A stretch of 54,771 bases of DNA from Acidobacteriota bacterium (lineage in GTDB: Bacteria; Acidobacteriota; HRBIN11): contig JAUQPV010000001.1 of assembly GCA_030550225.1 (NCBI GenBank), positions 1 to 54,771 on the forward strand. Direction: 5' to 3'. The notes below the pieces were generated by a model that saw only the letters and a list, made by a program, of their open reading frames with translations, was not told the origin of the DNA and searched no databases. Positions within the stretch are counted from its first letter, which is position 1. Each line of letters opens with the position of its first letter. A program made the translations under genes and the position numbers. Below, one piece after another: positions 19,675 to 29,339 of the stretch.

Positions 19675-20694
19675 TCACTCCGAAAACGTCTCTAAGGGAG
19701 CCATTCGCAATCGCAGGGAGGGGACCGGCGCGTTAGGTACCAGCCGGTCGGACCGGACGGCCGACTGCAGGGCAGGCCAGGTCGTCTGAAGGTGTTGGAA
19801 GAGAGCCTCGGCGGCGACCCGGTGGGCGATCTCGCTAGGATGGGGATCCAGGGCCGGGACGGCTTGCAGGCGTCGGGTGTCCATCCCCCAGAAAACCTGA
19901 AGTAAGTCCAACCACGGGAGGCCCTCCGCCTGGAGGAGCCGGTGGACCTGCCGATGGATATCTTGAAATGGATAGTCCCTGTTCATCGGAAAACCTACGT
20001 GGGGCCAGATCACGAACAAGCAGGGCACGCCGTGACGCCGACACTCCTGCCCGACCTCGGCGACGACCCGCCGGTGCCGTTGCCACGGCTGTCCCTGAGG
20101 ATCGTAGAGGCCCCGAATGTAGTGCTCCTGGGCCCGACGGAACCGGCGAGCCCACCGCTGATAGTCGATCCAGTAAACCAATCGAGAGGACCGGCGTAGT
20201 CGCTGGACCCAGGCCGGCGTGGCCGTCAGACTCTGCTGGAGACGTAAAATCTCCGCCGGGATCGGCCCCGTGTCGGGGTCATTGATAAAGTACCCGAAGA
20301 TCACGAGGTCCGGTCGATAGCCCCAAGCGGCCCGAAGTTGGCCGAGTTCGTCCTCGGTCGAAGCCCCACTGACGGCCCAGTTTAGGACCTCATAGGTCTC
20401 CTGACCTATCGCCGTGTTCAGGAACCACTCTAAGAGCTTCGGATAGGTCTGCGGGGGCTGTACGTTAGCGCCCCAGGTGTAAGAATCGCCAAGGACCAAG
20501 ACCCGGATGACCCCTTGGGGTTTCTCCGGGGCGTACACGCGATCCCGATAGGGTCGTTGGGGGTCTTCGACGACGACAAAGGTCGGCCGGTCCCATACCC
20601 GGGAGGGCGGCATCCAAAGCCACCGGAGCCCCGTCTCGGCGACAGCCAGGACGACGATCAGGCTGTATGCCGTCCCTCGAATCCAACGTCCCAC
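19675..20694 (-). CDS. SGNH/GDSL-family hydrolase with an N-terminal membrane anchor
   Basis: Block I is VLVLGDSYTWG. Later GYFINDPD, and Asp/His near the C-terminus (DPHPSEIAHRVAA, a DxxH-type motif). A GTG at 20694 with GAGG upstream is preferred. The ATG at 20733 lies inside the repeat arm (it would encode PNCRTAEF). Confidence 0.65.
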   Translation of the reverse strand: MGRWIRGTAYSLIVVLAVAETGLRWLWMPPSRVWDRPTFVVVEDPQRPYRDRVYAPEKPQGVIRVLVLGDSYTWGANVQPPQTYPKLLEWFLNTAIGQETYEVLNWAVSGASTEDELGQLRAAWGYRPDLVIFGYFINDPDTGPIPAEILRLQQSLTATPAWVQRLRRSSRLVYWIDYQRWARRFRRAQEHYIRGLYDPQGQPWQRHRRVVAEVGQECRRHGVPCLFVIWPHVGFPMNRDYPFQDIHRQVHRLLQAEGLPWLDLLQVFWGMDTRRLQAVPALDPHPSEIAHRVAAEALFQHLQTTWPALQSAVRSDRLVPNAPVPSLRLRMAPLETFSE

Positions 20695-20705
20695 GAGGTA
20701 CCTCG

Positions 20706-20864
20706 GAAATTCGGCAGTCCGACAGTTCGGCAATCCGGCAGGTGGGCGGCCACGGAAGAGGAGGCGGAAGATAAGACGGCGGGTTTTGTCAGGGCCTCGG
20801 TCTTGGGCCTTCTATGCCTATCTGCCGAATCCCGAACTGCCGAACTCCCGAATTGCCGGATTCC
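20706..20864. repeat. Inverted repeat with tandem-octamer arms (TTCGGCAG/CTGCCGAA type) in the SGNH-priA spacer
   Basis: Left arm 20706-20742 is gaaattcggcagtccgacagttcggcaatccggcagg. Right arm 20822-20864 is ctgccgaatcccgaactgccgaactcccgaattgccggattcc. The loop is about 80 nt. Confidence 0.8.
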
Positions 20865-20867
20865 CCT

Positions 20868-23423
20868 TTATACAAGCTCGTAGGGATCGACCTGAAGACG
20901 TAGGAAGTCCCGTCGGAAGGGGAGCCGGGCCAGGACGTCCCGAAGGGCCTGGCGGACGGTCCGCCGGTCTGTCGTCCGGATGAGGACGTGGTACCGGTAC
21001 TTCCCCTGAAGCCGCCACAGGAGCGGCTGGACCGGCCCGTGGACCTGCGTCTGGGGGATCGAGCGCTCTGTCAAGAGGTCCGCCAGCGTCTGCGCATACT
21101 GTCGGGCCAAGGCGTGCTCGGGATGGACGACCGTCAGCAGGACGATACTCGTGAAAGGCGGATACTGAAACCGCTGACGGTATGCCAATTCCTCTCGGAA
21201 GAAGCCCTCGTAGTCGTGTTGACATGCATAACGAATGGCGTAGTGCTCGGGTCGATACGTCTGGATGATGGCCCGGCCCGGCCGGTCGGCCCGGCCGGAG
21301 CGGCCGACGACCTGCGTGATGAGCTGAAACAGCCGCTCGTGGGACCGAAAGTCGGGTAGGCCCGTACTCGTGTCCGCCTCCAGGACACCGACCAGCGTGA
21401 CCCGCGGGAAGTGGTGGCCTTTGGCGACCATCTGGGTCCCGACGAGGACCTGGACCCGGCCCTCGTAAAAGTCGCCCAGCAGTCGAAACAGCTCTCGGGG
21501 CCGGCTCAGCGTGTCCCGGTCGAGGATGCCCACACGCACGCCGGGAAACTCCTTTTCCAGAAGGGTCTGTACTCGTTCCGTCCCGATGCCCGTGGCGATG
21601 AGGTACGGGCTCTCGCAGACGGGACACCGTTTTGGGACCGGCTCGGTCGCATCGCAGTAGTGGCATCGCAGGACACCGGCTTTCTTGTGCAGGACCATGT
21701 GGATGCTACACTGCGAGCATGTCAGGACGTGGCCGCAAGCCCGGCACTGCACGAAGGGCGCATAACCCCGACGGTTGATCAGGACGATGGCCGTCTCCCC
21801 CCGGTCCAGCGTCTCCCGAAGCGACGTCATCAGGAGGGGCGAAAAGAAGGGGTGGCTCCCCCGGGCATAGGCATCCCGCATGTCGACCAGGACGACCTCC
21901 GGCAGGACGGCTCCCGGGACGGCCCGCTGAGTCAACCGGTACAGGCCGTACGTGCCCTGCCGGGCGTGGGCATACGTCTCGACCGACGGCGTGGCTGTCA
22001 CGAGGAGCGCCACGGCGTTCTCGAACCGGGCCCGGGCGAGGGCCATCTCCCGGGCGTTGTAGACCGGAAGTTCATCCTGCCGATAAGACCCGTCCTGCTC
22101 CTCGTCGACGACGAGGACGCCGACGTCCTCCAGGGGCGCGAAGATGGCCGACCGGGCGCCCAGGACGATGCGGGCCTCACCCGTGCGGATCCGCCACCAC
22201 TCGCTCGTCCGCTGGGCCGGCGTCATCTCGCTGTGGAGAACGGCCAGGAGGTCGCCAAACTGACGGCGGAACCGCTGAGTCACGGCCGGAATCAGGGCGA
22301 TTTCCGGCATCAGGACGAGGGCCGTCTTGCCCCGCCGGACGGCCGCCTCGATAAGGCGTAGGTAGACCTCCGTCTTGCCGCTCCCGGTCACGCCGTACAG
22401 GACGCCGGCGTGGAAAGTCCCGGCCTCGACGTACCTCTGAAGGGACTCCAGGACGGCCCGCTGTTCGTCGTTGAGGATGACGGTCGTCTCACCACCGACA
22501 GGAGCGTCCCAGACGATAGGTCGGGGGTGGTATTGCTCGTAAAGCTGAATCCATCCCCGGGCGACCATCCGGCGGAGCCGGTCCCGAAGTCGCCGCTGGG
22601 CCGCCTGGGGGTCGGCCTCGGAGGATTCGGCGCCCCGGACCTGCTCAGCCAGCTCCTCCAGCAGGACATCCCGACCCGCCTGCGTCAAGTACGCCAAGAT
22701 GTCCCGATAGGCCCCCGGCACCCGCTCGCCGTCGGCCGGCGGGCGCACGAGATGGACGACCGTCGTCTTGGGGACCTTCGCCCGCTGATGGAGACGTTCC
22801 CGGACCTCGACCCAGCCCCGGGCCCGCAGGTACTGGACGGCCGCATGAAGGCTCCTCGACCCGACGGCCCGCCGGATCTTCGGGAGCGTCGCCTTCCGAA
22901 CTTCGGCCACGTACAGGAGCACGCGCGCCCACAAGGGCAAACGCCTCTGCGGAGCGCCGGCAGCCCACCCGGCGGCGGCCTGCAGGCCCGCCGGCGTGAT
23001 GCGGACCTCGGCCCGGTGCAGGGCGTGGAGACCCGGCGGGATGGCCAGGTGGAGGTAAGCCCCTAAGGGCTGAAGATAGTAGTCAGCCGCCCATCGGAGG
23101 AGGCGGACCAGCGGCGGCGGACACAGGGGCTGCGGGTCCAGGACGAGGTCGACGGGCTTGTAACGGACCCCCGGTCGGTCCAAAGGGGCCGCCTGGGGAT
23201 CGACGACGTAGCCCGTCACCCGCCGGTTCCGCAGGGGCACGACGACCCGCAAGCCGACCTGCGGCTCGACGCCCGCCGCCTCAGGCCACAAGTAGGTCAG
23301 GTTCTCGTACGGGAACTGTCGGGTCCAGACCTGCACGAGGCGGCCCGGGACTGTCGCCGGCCTCGGCTCCGCCTCGGCCGCCGGGACCCACAGCGCCGTT
23401 TTCGTCGTCTTTAGGTCCGACAT
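20868..23423 (-). CDS. priA: primosomal protein N' (PriA helicase)
   Basis: Walker A GVTGSGKTEVY; DExx motif VLVVDEEQDGSY; Cys-rich zinc insertion (CRACGHVLTCSQCSIHMVLH...LRCHYCD...CPVC). ATG at 23423 follows GGAAGGTGG. The ORF extension to 23684 is not supported. Confidence 0.9.
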   Translation of the reverse strand: MSDLKTTKTALWVPAAEAEPRPATVPGRLVQVWTRQFPYENLTYLWPEAAGVEPQVGLRVVVPLRNRRVTGYVVDPQAAPLDRPGVRYKPVDLVLDPQPLCPPPLVRLLRWAADYYLQPLGAYLHLAIPPGLHALHRAEVRITPAGLQAAAGWAAGAPQRRLPLWARVLLYVAEVRKATLPKIRRAVGSRSLHAAVQYLRARGWVEVRERLHQRAKVPKTTVVHLVRPPADGERVPGAYRDILAYLTQAGRDVLLEELAEQVRGAESSEADPQAAQRRLRDRLRRMVARGWIQLYEQYHPRPIVWDAPVGGETTVILNDEQRAVLESLQRYVEAGTFHAGVLYGVTGSGKTEVYLRLIEAAVRRGKTALVLMPEIALIPAVTQRFRRQFGDLLAVLHSEMTPAQRTSEWWRIRTGEARIVLGARSAIFAPLEDVGVLVVDEEQDGSYRQDELPVYNAREMALARARFENAVALLVTATPSVETYAHARQGTYGLYRLTQRAVPGAVLPEVVLVDMRDAYARGSHPFFSPLLMTSLRETLDRGETAIVLINRRGYAPFVQCRACGHVLTCSQCSIHMVLHKKAGVLRCHYCDATEPVPKRCPVCESPYLIATGIGTERVQTLLEKEFPGVRVGILDRDTLSRPRELFRLLGDFYEGRVQVLVGTQMVAKGHHFPRVTLVGVLEADTSTGLPDFRSHERLFQLITQVVGRSGRADRPGRAIIQTYRPEHYAIRYACQHDYEGFFREELAYRQRFQYPPFTSIVLLTVVHPEHALARQYAQTLADLLTERSIPQTQVHGPVQPLLWRLQGKYRYHVLIRTTDRRTVRQALRDVLARLPFRRDFLRLQVDPYELV

Positions 23424-23760
23424 GCCCACCTTCCACTCCCCGCGTCCCGTCAAGTTAAGCCATCTCGACCCCTCGCATCTAATGCCCTTGCATGGTCGGG
23501 GCGACTCGGCAGGTCGCCCCATAGATGTTGTAAGGCGCGGGCCTGCCCCGGGCTGGACCCTCGGTACAGGCCCCGGCCTGCGTCCTCCGACCCATCCGGG
23601 TCTACCCCCATCGACCCTGCTTATCCTGGAGCCTGAAACGCCGACGTGCAACCCCGACCCGCTGTCTGTTCGAAGACCATTCAATGGATGTCTGCTTGAC
23701 TTTTTTTTTTTCTAACGGAGTAAGATCACAGGGAACCCTTAAGTCATAGGGAGGTGGATC

Positions 23761-24027
23761 ATGACTGGAAAAGTGCTTCCATGTCGAGACTTTAGGTCTT
23801 ACGGGGGAGGAGTACTGTGCGCGGGGGGCCGCCTCATATTTTATGTAGAATCCGACCAAGCCACGGAAGGATGGTGGGTCTCCGATACGCTTTCAGAAGC
23901 GACTCCGAGACCTCGGCGGGGCGCCTTGATAGAAGTTCGAAGTACGTCGGCCAAACTCATAGTTCCTAAGGAGGATACGGCTTTCTCGATCATGGACCTG
24001 CAGTTACACCGCTCATGGGTTCCGTAG
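23761..24027 (+). CDS. small hypothetical protein (88 aa) in a lower-GC patch
   Basis: GGGAGGTGG lies 4 nt upstream of the ATG. No recognisable family. It is preceded by a T11 tract inside a possible promoter. Confidence 0.35.
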   Translation: MTGKVLPCRDFRSYGGGVLCAGGRLIFYVESDQATEGWWVSDTLSEATPRPRRGALIEVRSTSAKLIVPKEDTAFSIMDLQLHRSWVP

Positions 24028-24032
24028 CCCCT

Positions 24033-24839
24033 TCATCTATGTTTGATCCCAGGAGGCCGATCCAGTCCCTTCCCTAAGCTGACGGGGGATGGGGATGAAG
24101 GGAAACGGGTCGGGAGAGTCGGTCCCCGCAGGCGGACAGGCTCGGCGGCGGCCCGGAGCCGGAGGTTCAGGGCCTCGACGAAGAGCGAAAAGCCCATCGC
24201 AAAGTAGATGTAGCCCCGCTCGATGTGGCGGCCCAGGCCCTCGGCGACCAGCATGACGCCGATCAGCAGGAGGAAGCTCAGGGCCAGCATCTTGACCGTC
24301 GGGTGCCGCTCGATGAACCGATGGACGGCCTCGGCGCTGACCAGCATGACGCCGATGGCCAGGACGATGGCCGTCCCCATGACCCACACCTGGCGGGCCA
24401 TCCCGACGGCCGTGATGACCGAATCCAGGGAGAATACGACGTCGATCAGAGCGATCTGGACGACGACCCCCACGAGAGACCCTGCCTTTGGAGCCGACCG
24501 CGTCCCGGCGGCACCCTCCAGCTTATCGTGAATCTCGTACGTGCTCTTGGCGATTAAGAACAAACCGCCCAGGAGCAAGATGAGACTCTGCCCGGAGACG
24601 GGCATGTCCAGGACGGGCAGGACAAACAGGGGCTTTGTCAGTCGCATGATCCAGGTCAGCGTAAAGAGGAGCGCCAGCCGCGTGACGAGGGCCGCCAAGA
24701 GGCCCAACCGGCGGGCGAGGGGTTGCCGGTCTCGGGGAAGCCGACCCGAGACGACCGAGATGAACACGATGTTGTCGATGCCCAGGACGACCTCCATGGC
24801 CGTCAGGGTCGCTAAGGCGATCCAAGCCTCGATGGTCAT
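24033..24839 (-). CDS. TerC/Alx-family integral membrane protein
   Basis: MTIEAWIALATLTAMEVVLGIDNIVFISV and a second ...IALIDVVFSLDSVITAVGM repeat are TerC signatures. The start overlaps the ribD stop (ATGA). Confidence 0.85.
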   Translation of the reverse strand: MTIEAWIALATLTAMEVVLGIDNIVFISVVSGRLPRDRQPLARRLGLLAALVTRLALLFTLTWIMRLTKPLFVLPVLDMPVSGQSLILLLGGLFLIAKSTYEIHDKLEGAAGTRSAPKAGSLVGVVVQIALIDVVFSLDSVITAVGMARQVWVMGTAIVLAIGVMLVSAEAVHRFIERHPTVKMLALSFLLLIGVMLVAEGLGRHIERGYIYFAMGFSLFVEALNLRLRAAAEPVRLRGPTLPTRFPSSPSPVSLGKGLDRPPGIKHR

Positions 24840-25963
24840 GCCTGTCCTCCTCTTGTAGACAGGTCGGTATCAGCCCGTTCCAGGACGCACAGCCAGTCAT
24901 CGTCCAGGGGGCAAAGGTTCCGGAGTCGCCATCGCAGAGGCCCCGTCGCCAAGGTGTCGAGATAACTCGCCAGGCCGAGGCTGTGGACGTCGCCGAAGAC
25001 GGTCGAGGCGATGAACAGCCACATCTCATCGGCTCGGCCCTCGGCCAGAAAAGACGAAAAGACTCGGCTTCCGCCCTCGACGAGGAGCCGGTGGACGTCG
25101 TAGTCGGCCAGGCGTCGGAGGACGGCGCCCAGGTCGAGGTACCCGGGCGCCGTCGTCGGGACGCCTTCGTAGCGGACGGAATCCGTCCCGGCCGGCGGCG
25201 TACGGGTCTTGTCGTGGAACACGATCGTCGGGTGGGGAACTTGGAAGACAGGGTGGTCCGACGGTAGGGAAAGGTCTGCATCCAGGAAGACCCGCCAGAC
25301 GGGCTTATCAGAGACCAGCCGAGGCAGACGAGGCCGGAGGTCGGGGGTGTCCAGGTCGGCCGTCCGGGCCCCGACGAGGACGGCGTCACAGGTGGCCCGC
25401 AGGTGGTGGACCCACGAGCGAGTGCGTTCTGATGTGATCCACAAGCGCCGACTGTCCGGACGGGCGATCCGGCCGTCGGCCGTCAGGGCCGCCTTCAGGA
25501 CGACCCAAGGGCGACGCGCCCGGACCCATGTCGCAAAGCCCCGCAGAAGCGTCTGAGCCTCGGCCTCCAGGACGCCAACCGCCACGTCCAGGCCGGCCTG
25601 TCTCAGGGTCTCGACGCCCCGGCCGTGGACCTGGGGATTTGGGTCGAGGGTCGCGACGACGACACGTCCGACGCCGGCCTCGAGGACGGCGTCCGTGCAG
25701 GGCGGCGTCCGGCCGTGGTGACAGCAGGGTTCGAGGGTCACGTAGAGAGTCGCTCCCCGGGTGCGGCGTCCAGCTTGTCGGAGGGCCCAGACTTCGGCAT
25801 GAGGCGTCCCCGCCCGGACGTGGAAGCCCTGGCCGACGGCCCGGCCGTCTTGGACGACGACGGCCCCGACGGGCGGGTTCGGGGCTGTCGACCCCAGCCC
25901 CAGGCGCGCCAGCCGCAGGGCCGCCGCCATCCAGAAGGCGTCCGAGGTCCGATGCCCGGCCAC
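24836..25963 (-). CDS. ribD: bifunctional riboflavin biosynthesis deaminase/reductase
   Basis: Deaminase zinc motifs HAEVWAL...TLEPCCHHGRTPPC, followed by a reductase domain (...LKAALTADGRIA...LLVEGGSRVFSSF). Confidence 0.9.
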   Translation of the reverse strand: MAGHRTSDAFWMAAALRLARLGLGSTAPNPPVGAVVVQDGRAVGQGFHVRAGTPHAEVWALRQAGRRTRGATLYVTLEPCCHHGRTPPCTDAVLEAGVGRVVVATLDPNPQVHGRGVETLRQAGLDVAVGVLEAEAQTLLRGFATWVRARRPWVVLKAALTADGRIARPDSRRLWITSERTRSWVHHLRATCDAVLVGARTADLDTPDLRPRLPRLVSDKPVWRVFLDADLSLPSDHPVFQVPHPTIVFHDKTRTPPAGTDSVRYEGVPTTAPGYLDLGAVLRRLADYDVHRLLVEGGSRVFSSFLAEGRADEMWLFIASTVFGDVHSLGLASYLDTLATGPLRWRLRNLCPLDDDWLCVLERADTDLSTRGGQA

Positions 25964-25970
25964 AGCGCCG

Positions 25971-27080
25971 TCATTCAGTATGGGGCCGGATCTGGAAGCG
26001 CTTCTCGAGGTCCTTCATCCGCTCGACGATGCCGCCGTACTCGAGCTCCTCGTAGGGGAGCATGGCGGGGCCGAAGAAGCCCTGCCGCCGGAGCTCGAGG
26101 GCTTTCTCGGCGATGCGGTCCTGGACCGACCGCCAGAACGGATGGTCGAAGGGGTCGGCCGCCTCGGTGAACTTCCCGTTGTGGACGCATAGGGCGTGGC
26201 AGGTCACGATGGGCGGTCCGTCGAAGTACGAGACGTGCGTGTTGTGCGGGACGGGCATCAGGGGGCCGTTGTGGGACCCCCGCATGAAGCCGGCGACATA
26301 GTGCCCAATGGCGAAGGGGGCCAGCATCTCCCCAGCCGCCGGGAAGTCCCCCTGGACACGGACGATCATGACGGGGTCGTCCTTGCCGACGTACTTGCCA
26401 GCGATGTTCCGGAGCCGGCTCGTGCTGACGACGGCGGCCTGTTCGCCCGTGGCCCGGTTGTAGATGGCCTCGATAGAGAAACGCTCCGTGTCCCGAAGCA
26501 AGGCGGCAATGTCGTAGAGGTCTTCCGGGGCATTCAGCTCGATGATCCGGTCGGCCTCCGTGTAGTTGACGTCCATGATGACGAACTTAAAGCCCTTGCC
26601 CAGCTTGGGGCTCAGGATCAGGCCCGAGCAGAACATGGGGTCGGCGAAGGCCAGGTACAGGGGCAGGTTGTAAGCCCCGGGGCTCGTCTTGTCGGCGGCA
26701 AAGAAGAGGAACGGCTCGTTGGGTCGTTCCTCGAACTCGATCTCGGCGACCATCGGGCCCATGCCCCGGACGTTGCCGGAGAAGGCGTCCTTCAGGAGGT
26801 CTTGGCCGGCCCCGTAGAGGCCCTGGGCCTTGGCAACCTGCGTTCCCTTCATGAAGGCCTCAAAGGCCAGCTTATGGACGTCGGCGTCGTTGGGGCCTCG
26901 GTGATGGGCCATCAGGATGGCGATGTCGTCCCCCGTATAGCTGACGTAGACGTCCGAGATCAGGTCCCGTCCGTTTTCCCGGACGTACCCCTCGACGGTC
27001 TCCAGGAGGGCCCGGGAGGGCTTGATGTGGCCGCCGATACTGCCGATGTCTGCCTTGATGACCGATAAAGTCGTCTTCAT
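25971..27080 (-). CDS. fructose-1,6-bisphosphate aldolase/phosphatase (class V, archaeal-type bifunctional FBPase)
   Basis: MKTTLSVIKADIGSIGGHIKPS...VYVSYTGDDIAILMAHHRG...FFAADKTSPGAYNLPLYLAFADPM...GPPIVTCHALCVHNGKF match this highly conserved family. GAGGAGG RBS at the ATG at 27080. Confidence 0.85.
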   Translation of the reverse strand: MKTTLSVIKADIGSIGGHIKPSRALLETVEGYVRENGRDLISDVYVSYTGDDIAILMAHHRGPNDADVHKLAFEAFMKGTQVAKAQGLYGAGQDLLKDAFSGNVRGMGPMVAEIEFEERPNEPFLFFAADKTSPGAYNLPLYLAFADPMFCSGLILSPKLGKGFKFVIMDVNYTEADRIIELNAPEDLYDIAALLRDTERFSIEAIYNRATGEQAAVVSTSRLRNIAGKYVGKDDPVMIVRVQGDFPAAGEMLAPFAIGHYVAGFMRGSHNGPLMPVPHNTHVSYFDGPPIVTCHALCVHNGKFTEAADPFDHPFWRSVQDRIAEKALELRRQGFFGPAMLPYEELEYGGIVERMKDLEKRFQIRPHTE

Positions 27081-27319
27081 CGTCGCCTCCTCGAATCGAT
27101 GGGAGTGGCCGACGTCGGCCCGGTCAGGGGCCTGAGCCGACGGATGGCCGGAACGGTCCCCCCAGGACGTAGGCGAAATCATTGTATCGGAACCCATGTT
27201 CGATTGCAACCTTTTCCCGAGAGTCCTAAACTTAACCCGAGCTGTAGGCCTGGGGTCGGCGAAGGGCGAAGGGTGAGGAGAGACCGGTCTGTCACGATTC
27301 GCCGTTCGCCATTCTCGGT

Positions 27320-27672
27320 GGGGGCGAACAGGTTTCGACGGAGGTGCGTGGGAGGACAGGTGGCATGCCGTGGGCCTGTCCGCTCGTCAACTGGACAGGG
27401 GCCAATAAGTGCCAACACTGATCTCGCCCTGGCGGCTTAACCGATAGCCGTCACGCCGCCAGACGGGCGCCCGTCCCGTCTGGACCGGTGTCATATTACG
27501 GGCTATGGCGCCGGGTGCGCCTCGGTCCTGGCGTCGAGATCGAAGGGGCTGGTCCCCGCCTTGACCCTGCCCGTCGGGGCCGGCGGGGACGAGAGGTAAA
27601 AGACGGGCTAAGCATGTAGAAGCCTGTCCGACTGGCCTCCGGACGCGGGTTCGATTCCCGCCGCCTCCACCA
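27320..27672 (+). ncRNA. ssrA: tmRNA (SsrA)
   Basis: The 5' end GGGGGCGAACAGGTTTCGACGGAGG pairs with the 3' end ...GGACGCGGGTTCGATTCCCGCCGCCTCCACCA (T-arm, acceptor stem with G:U at position 3, CCA). The tag reading frame is GCC AAC ACT GAT CTC GCC CTG GCG GCT TAA (27411-27440), encoding ANTDLALAA, and is preceded by AATAAGT. Confidence 0.9.
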
Positions 27673-27764
27673 AAAAATATCCGAAAATATCCGGGTCCTG
27701 GGTCTGGAGGATCCCGAGGGAAGCGACCGACGGCCAGACCGTATCTCCCGGGAAGGGACGTTCT

Positions 27765-29264
27765 TTGAAATCGTCGGGCATGTGGCGTGAGGTCCTGATC
27801 ACCCAGCTCGGCTCAGAGGTCTTGGTGGCGGTCGTCGAGGATGACCGTCTTGTCGAGTTCCATGCCGACGAACCCCGGGGCTCCAGTCTGCTGGGCAACA
27901 TCTATAAGGGACGGGTTAAGTCGATCCTACCCGGCATGGACGCCGCCTTCATCGATATCGGTGAGCCCCAAGACGGTTTCCTGTATATCACCGACGTCCG
28001 CCCCGTCGTCGCCCGACTCCTGTACGGTGACACGGATGGCCTACCGGCCGGTCGTTGGAGGCGTCCCCAGCATATCGGGGAAGCCCTTCACGAGGGCGAT
28101 GAGGTCCTCGTTCAGGTCAAACGGGACCCCATCCAGTATAAGGCTCCCCGCGTTTCGACCAAGATCACGCTGACGGGCACGTACTTGGTATATACGCCCG
28201 TCCAACCTCATGTGGGCGTCTCGTCCCGCATCACGAACCCCCAGCGCCGTCAGCACCTGAAGGCGCTCGGTCGAGCCTGGGTCGCCGGCCGGGGCGGCCT
28301 TATCTTCCGGACGGCCAGCGCCGCCATCCCCGACGAGACCCTGGAACAGGAATGGCGGAGCCTGCAACAGACGTGGCAGAAAGTCCTTCGGCTGGCTCGG
28401 TCCCACCCGGCCCCGTGCTTGCTATACCGGGAACCGCCGACCCTGCTTCGCCTGATCCGGGACCTGGTCAATCCGGGCCTCCGCCGCATCTGGGTCGATT
28501 CCCCGAACCTCTACCGTTGGCTCCAAGAGCAGTTAGGCGAACACCATCCCGAGTGGCTTCCCTATCTCCAGTTGTATACCGACAGCTCGCCTCTCTTTTA
28601 CCGGTACCAGATCCACCGGGAGCTCCAGCGGATCTTGAAGCCCCGAGTGTGGCTGAAGTCCGGCGCCTACCTGGTGATCAATCAGACGGAAGCCCTCGTG
28701 GCCATCGACGTGAATACGGGAAAGAACATCGGCCTCACGGACTTCCAAGACAGCGTCTTTCGGGTCAACTTGGAGGCCGTCGGGGAGATCGTCCGCCAGA
28801 TCCGCCTTCGAAACCTCGGTGGGCTCATCCTGATCGACTTCATCGACATGACCTCACCGGAACACTGGCAGAAGCTCCGAGAGGCCCTGGAGGCTGAACT
28901 TAAGCGGGACCGGATGCGGACCTACATCCTCCCCCAGTCCAGTACGTCCCTCGTCCTGCTGACCCGCCAGAAGGCGCAGGCTTCTCTCCTGCACCACTTG
29001 GGTCAAGTGTGCCCCCGATGCCACGGCCGGGCCTTCGTCTATAGCCCCCGGGTGACGGCCTGGGAAATCATCTGGAAGCTGTCCCAAATCAAGAAGGGCC
29101 TCTTTCAGCGAGCCGTCGTCCGAGCCCACCCCCGGGTCACCGAGCTCCTTCGAGGGACCTACCGGGAGCACTTGCGTTCGATATGCCGCCAGATCCGGGC
29201 TGAGGTCGAACTCCGGGAAGACGGCAACCTGGCGTGGGAATCCTACGACCTGACGTTTCATTAA
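27765..29264 (+). CDS. rng: ribonuclease E/G family protein (RNase G-like)
   Basis: S1 domain (GNIYKGRVKSILPGMDAAFIDIGEPQDGFLYI) and catalytic core (...LVINQTEALVAIDVNTGK...NLEAVGEIVRQIRLRNLGGLILIDFIDM). The start is TTG 27765 or ATG 27780. Confidence 0.88.
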   Translation: MKSSGMWREVLITQLGSEVLVAVVEDDRLVEFHADEPRGSSLLGNIYKGRVKSILPGMDAAFIDIGEPQDGFLYITDVRPVVARLLYGDTDGLPAGRWRRPQHIGEALHEGDEVLVQVKRDPIQYKAPRVSTKITLTGTYLVYTPVQPHVGVSSRITNPQRRQHLKALGRAWVAGRGGLIFRTASAAIPDETLEQEWRSLQQTWQKVLRLARSHPAPCLLYREPPTLLRLIRDLVNPGLRRIWVDSPNLYRWLQEQLGEHHPEWLPYLQLYTDSSPLFYRYQIHRELQRILKPRVWLKSGAYLVINQTEALVAIDVNTGKNIGLTDFQDSVFRVNLEAVGEIVRQIRLRNLGGLILIDFIDMTSPEHWQKLREALEAELKRDRMRTYILPQSSTSLVLLTRQKAQASLLHHLGQVCPRCHGRAFVYSPRVTAWEIIWKLSQIKKGLFQRAVVRAHPRVTELLRGTYREHLRSICRQIRAEVELREDGNLAWESYDLTFH

Positions 29265-29339
29265 AAAGAGTGACGGAGGCGGGACCCGTGAAATCGACCT
29301 TGGCACGCTCATTCCTTCATCCATTCGTCTCCCAATGAC

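Noticed and set aside
24840-25970. FMN (RFN) riboswitch before ribD and yybP-ykoY riboswitch before the TerC gene.
   Set aside because: ribD starts 7 nt after the preceding gene, and the TerC start overlaps the ribD stop. No leader exists to hold a riboswitch.
27640-27672. A tRNA gene suggested by GGTTCGATTCCCGCCGCCTCCACCA.
   Set aside because: It is the tRNA-like 3' domain of tmRNA. The matching 5' acceptor strand lies about 350 nt upstream, and a tag-peptide frame lies between them. No independent tRNA was seen in the window.
29301-29315. TGGCAC-gctca-TTCC upstream of the RuvC-fold gene as a sigma-54 promoter.
   Set aside because: The -24 element is perfect but the -12 element lacks the conserved GC. 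It lies only about 25 nt from the start codon. There is no functional rationale, so it is kept only as a note.
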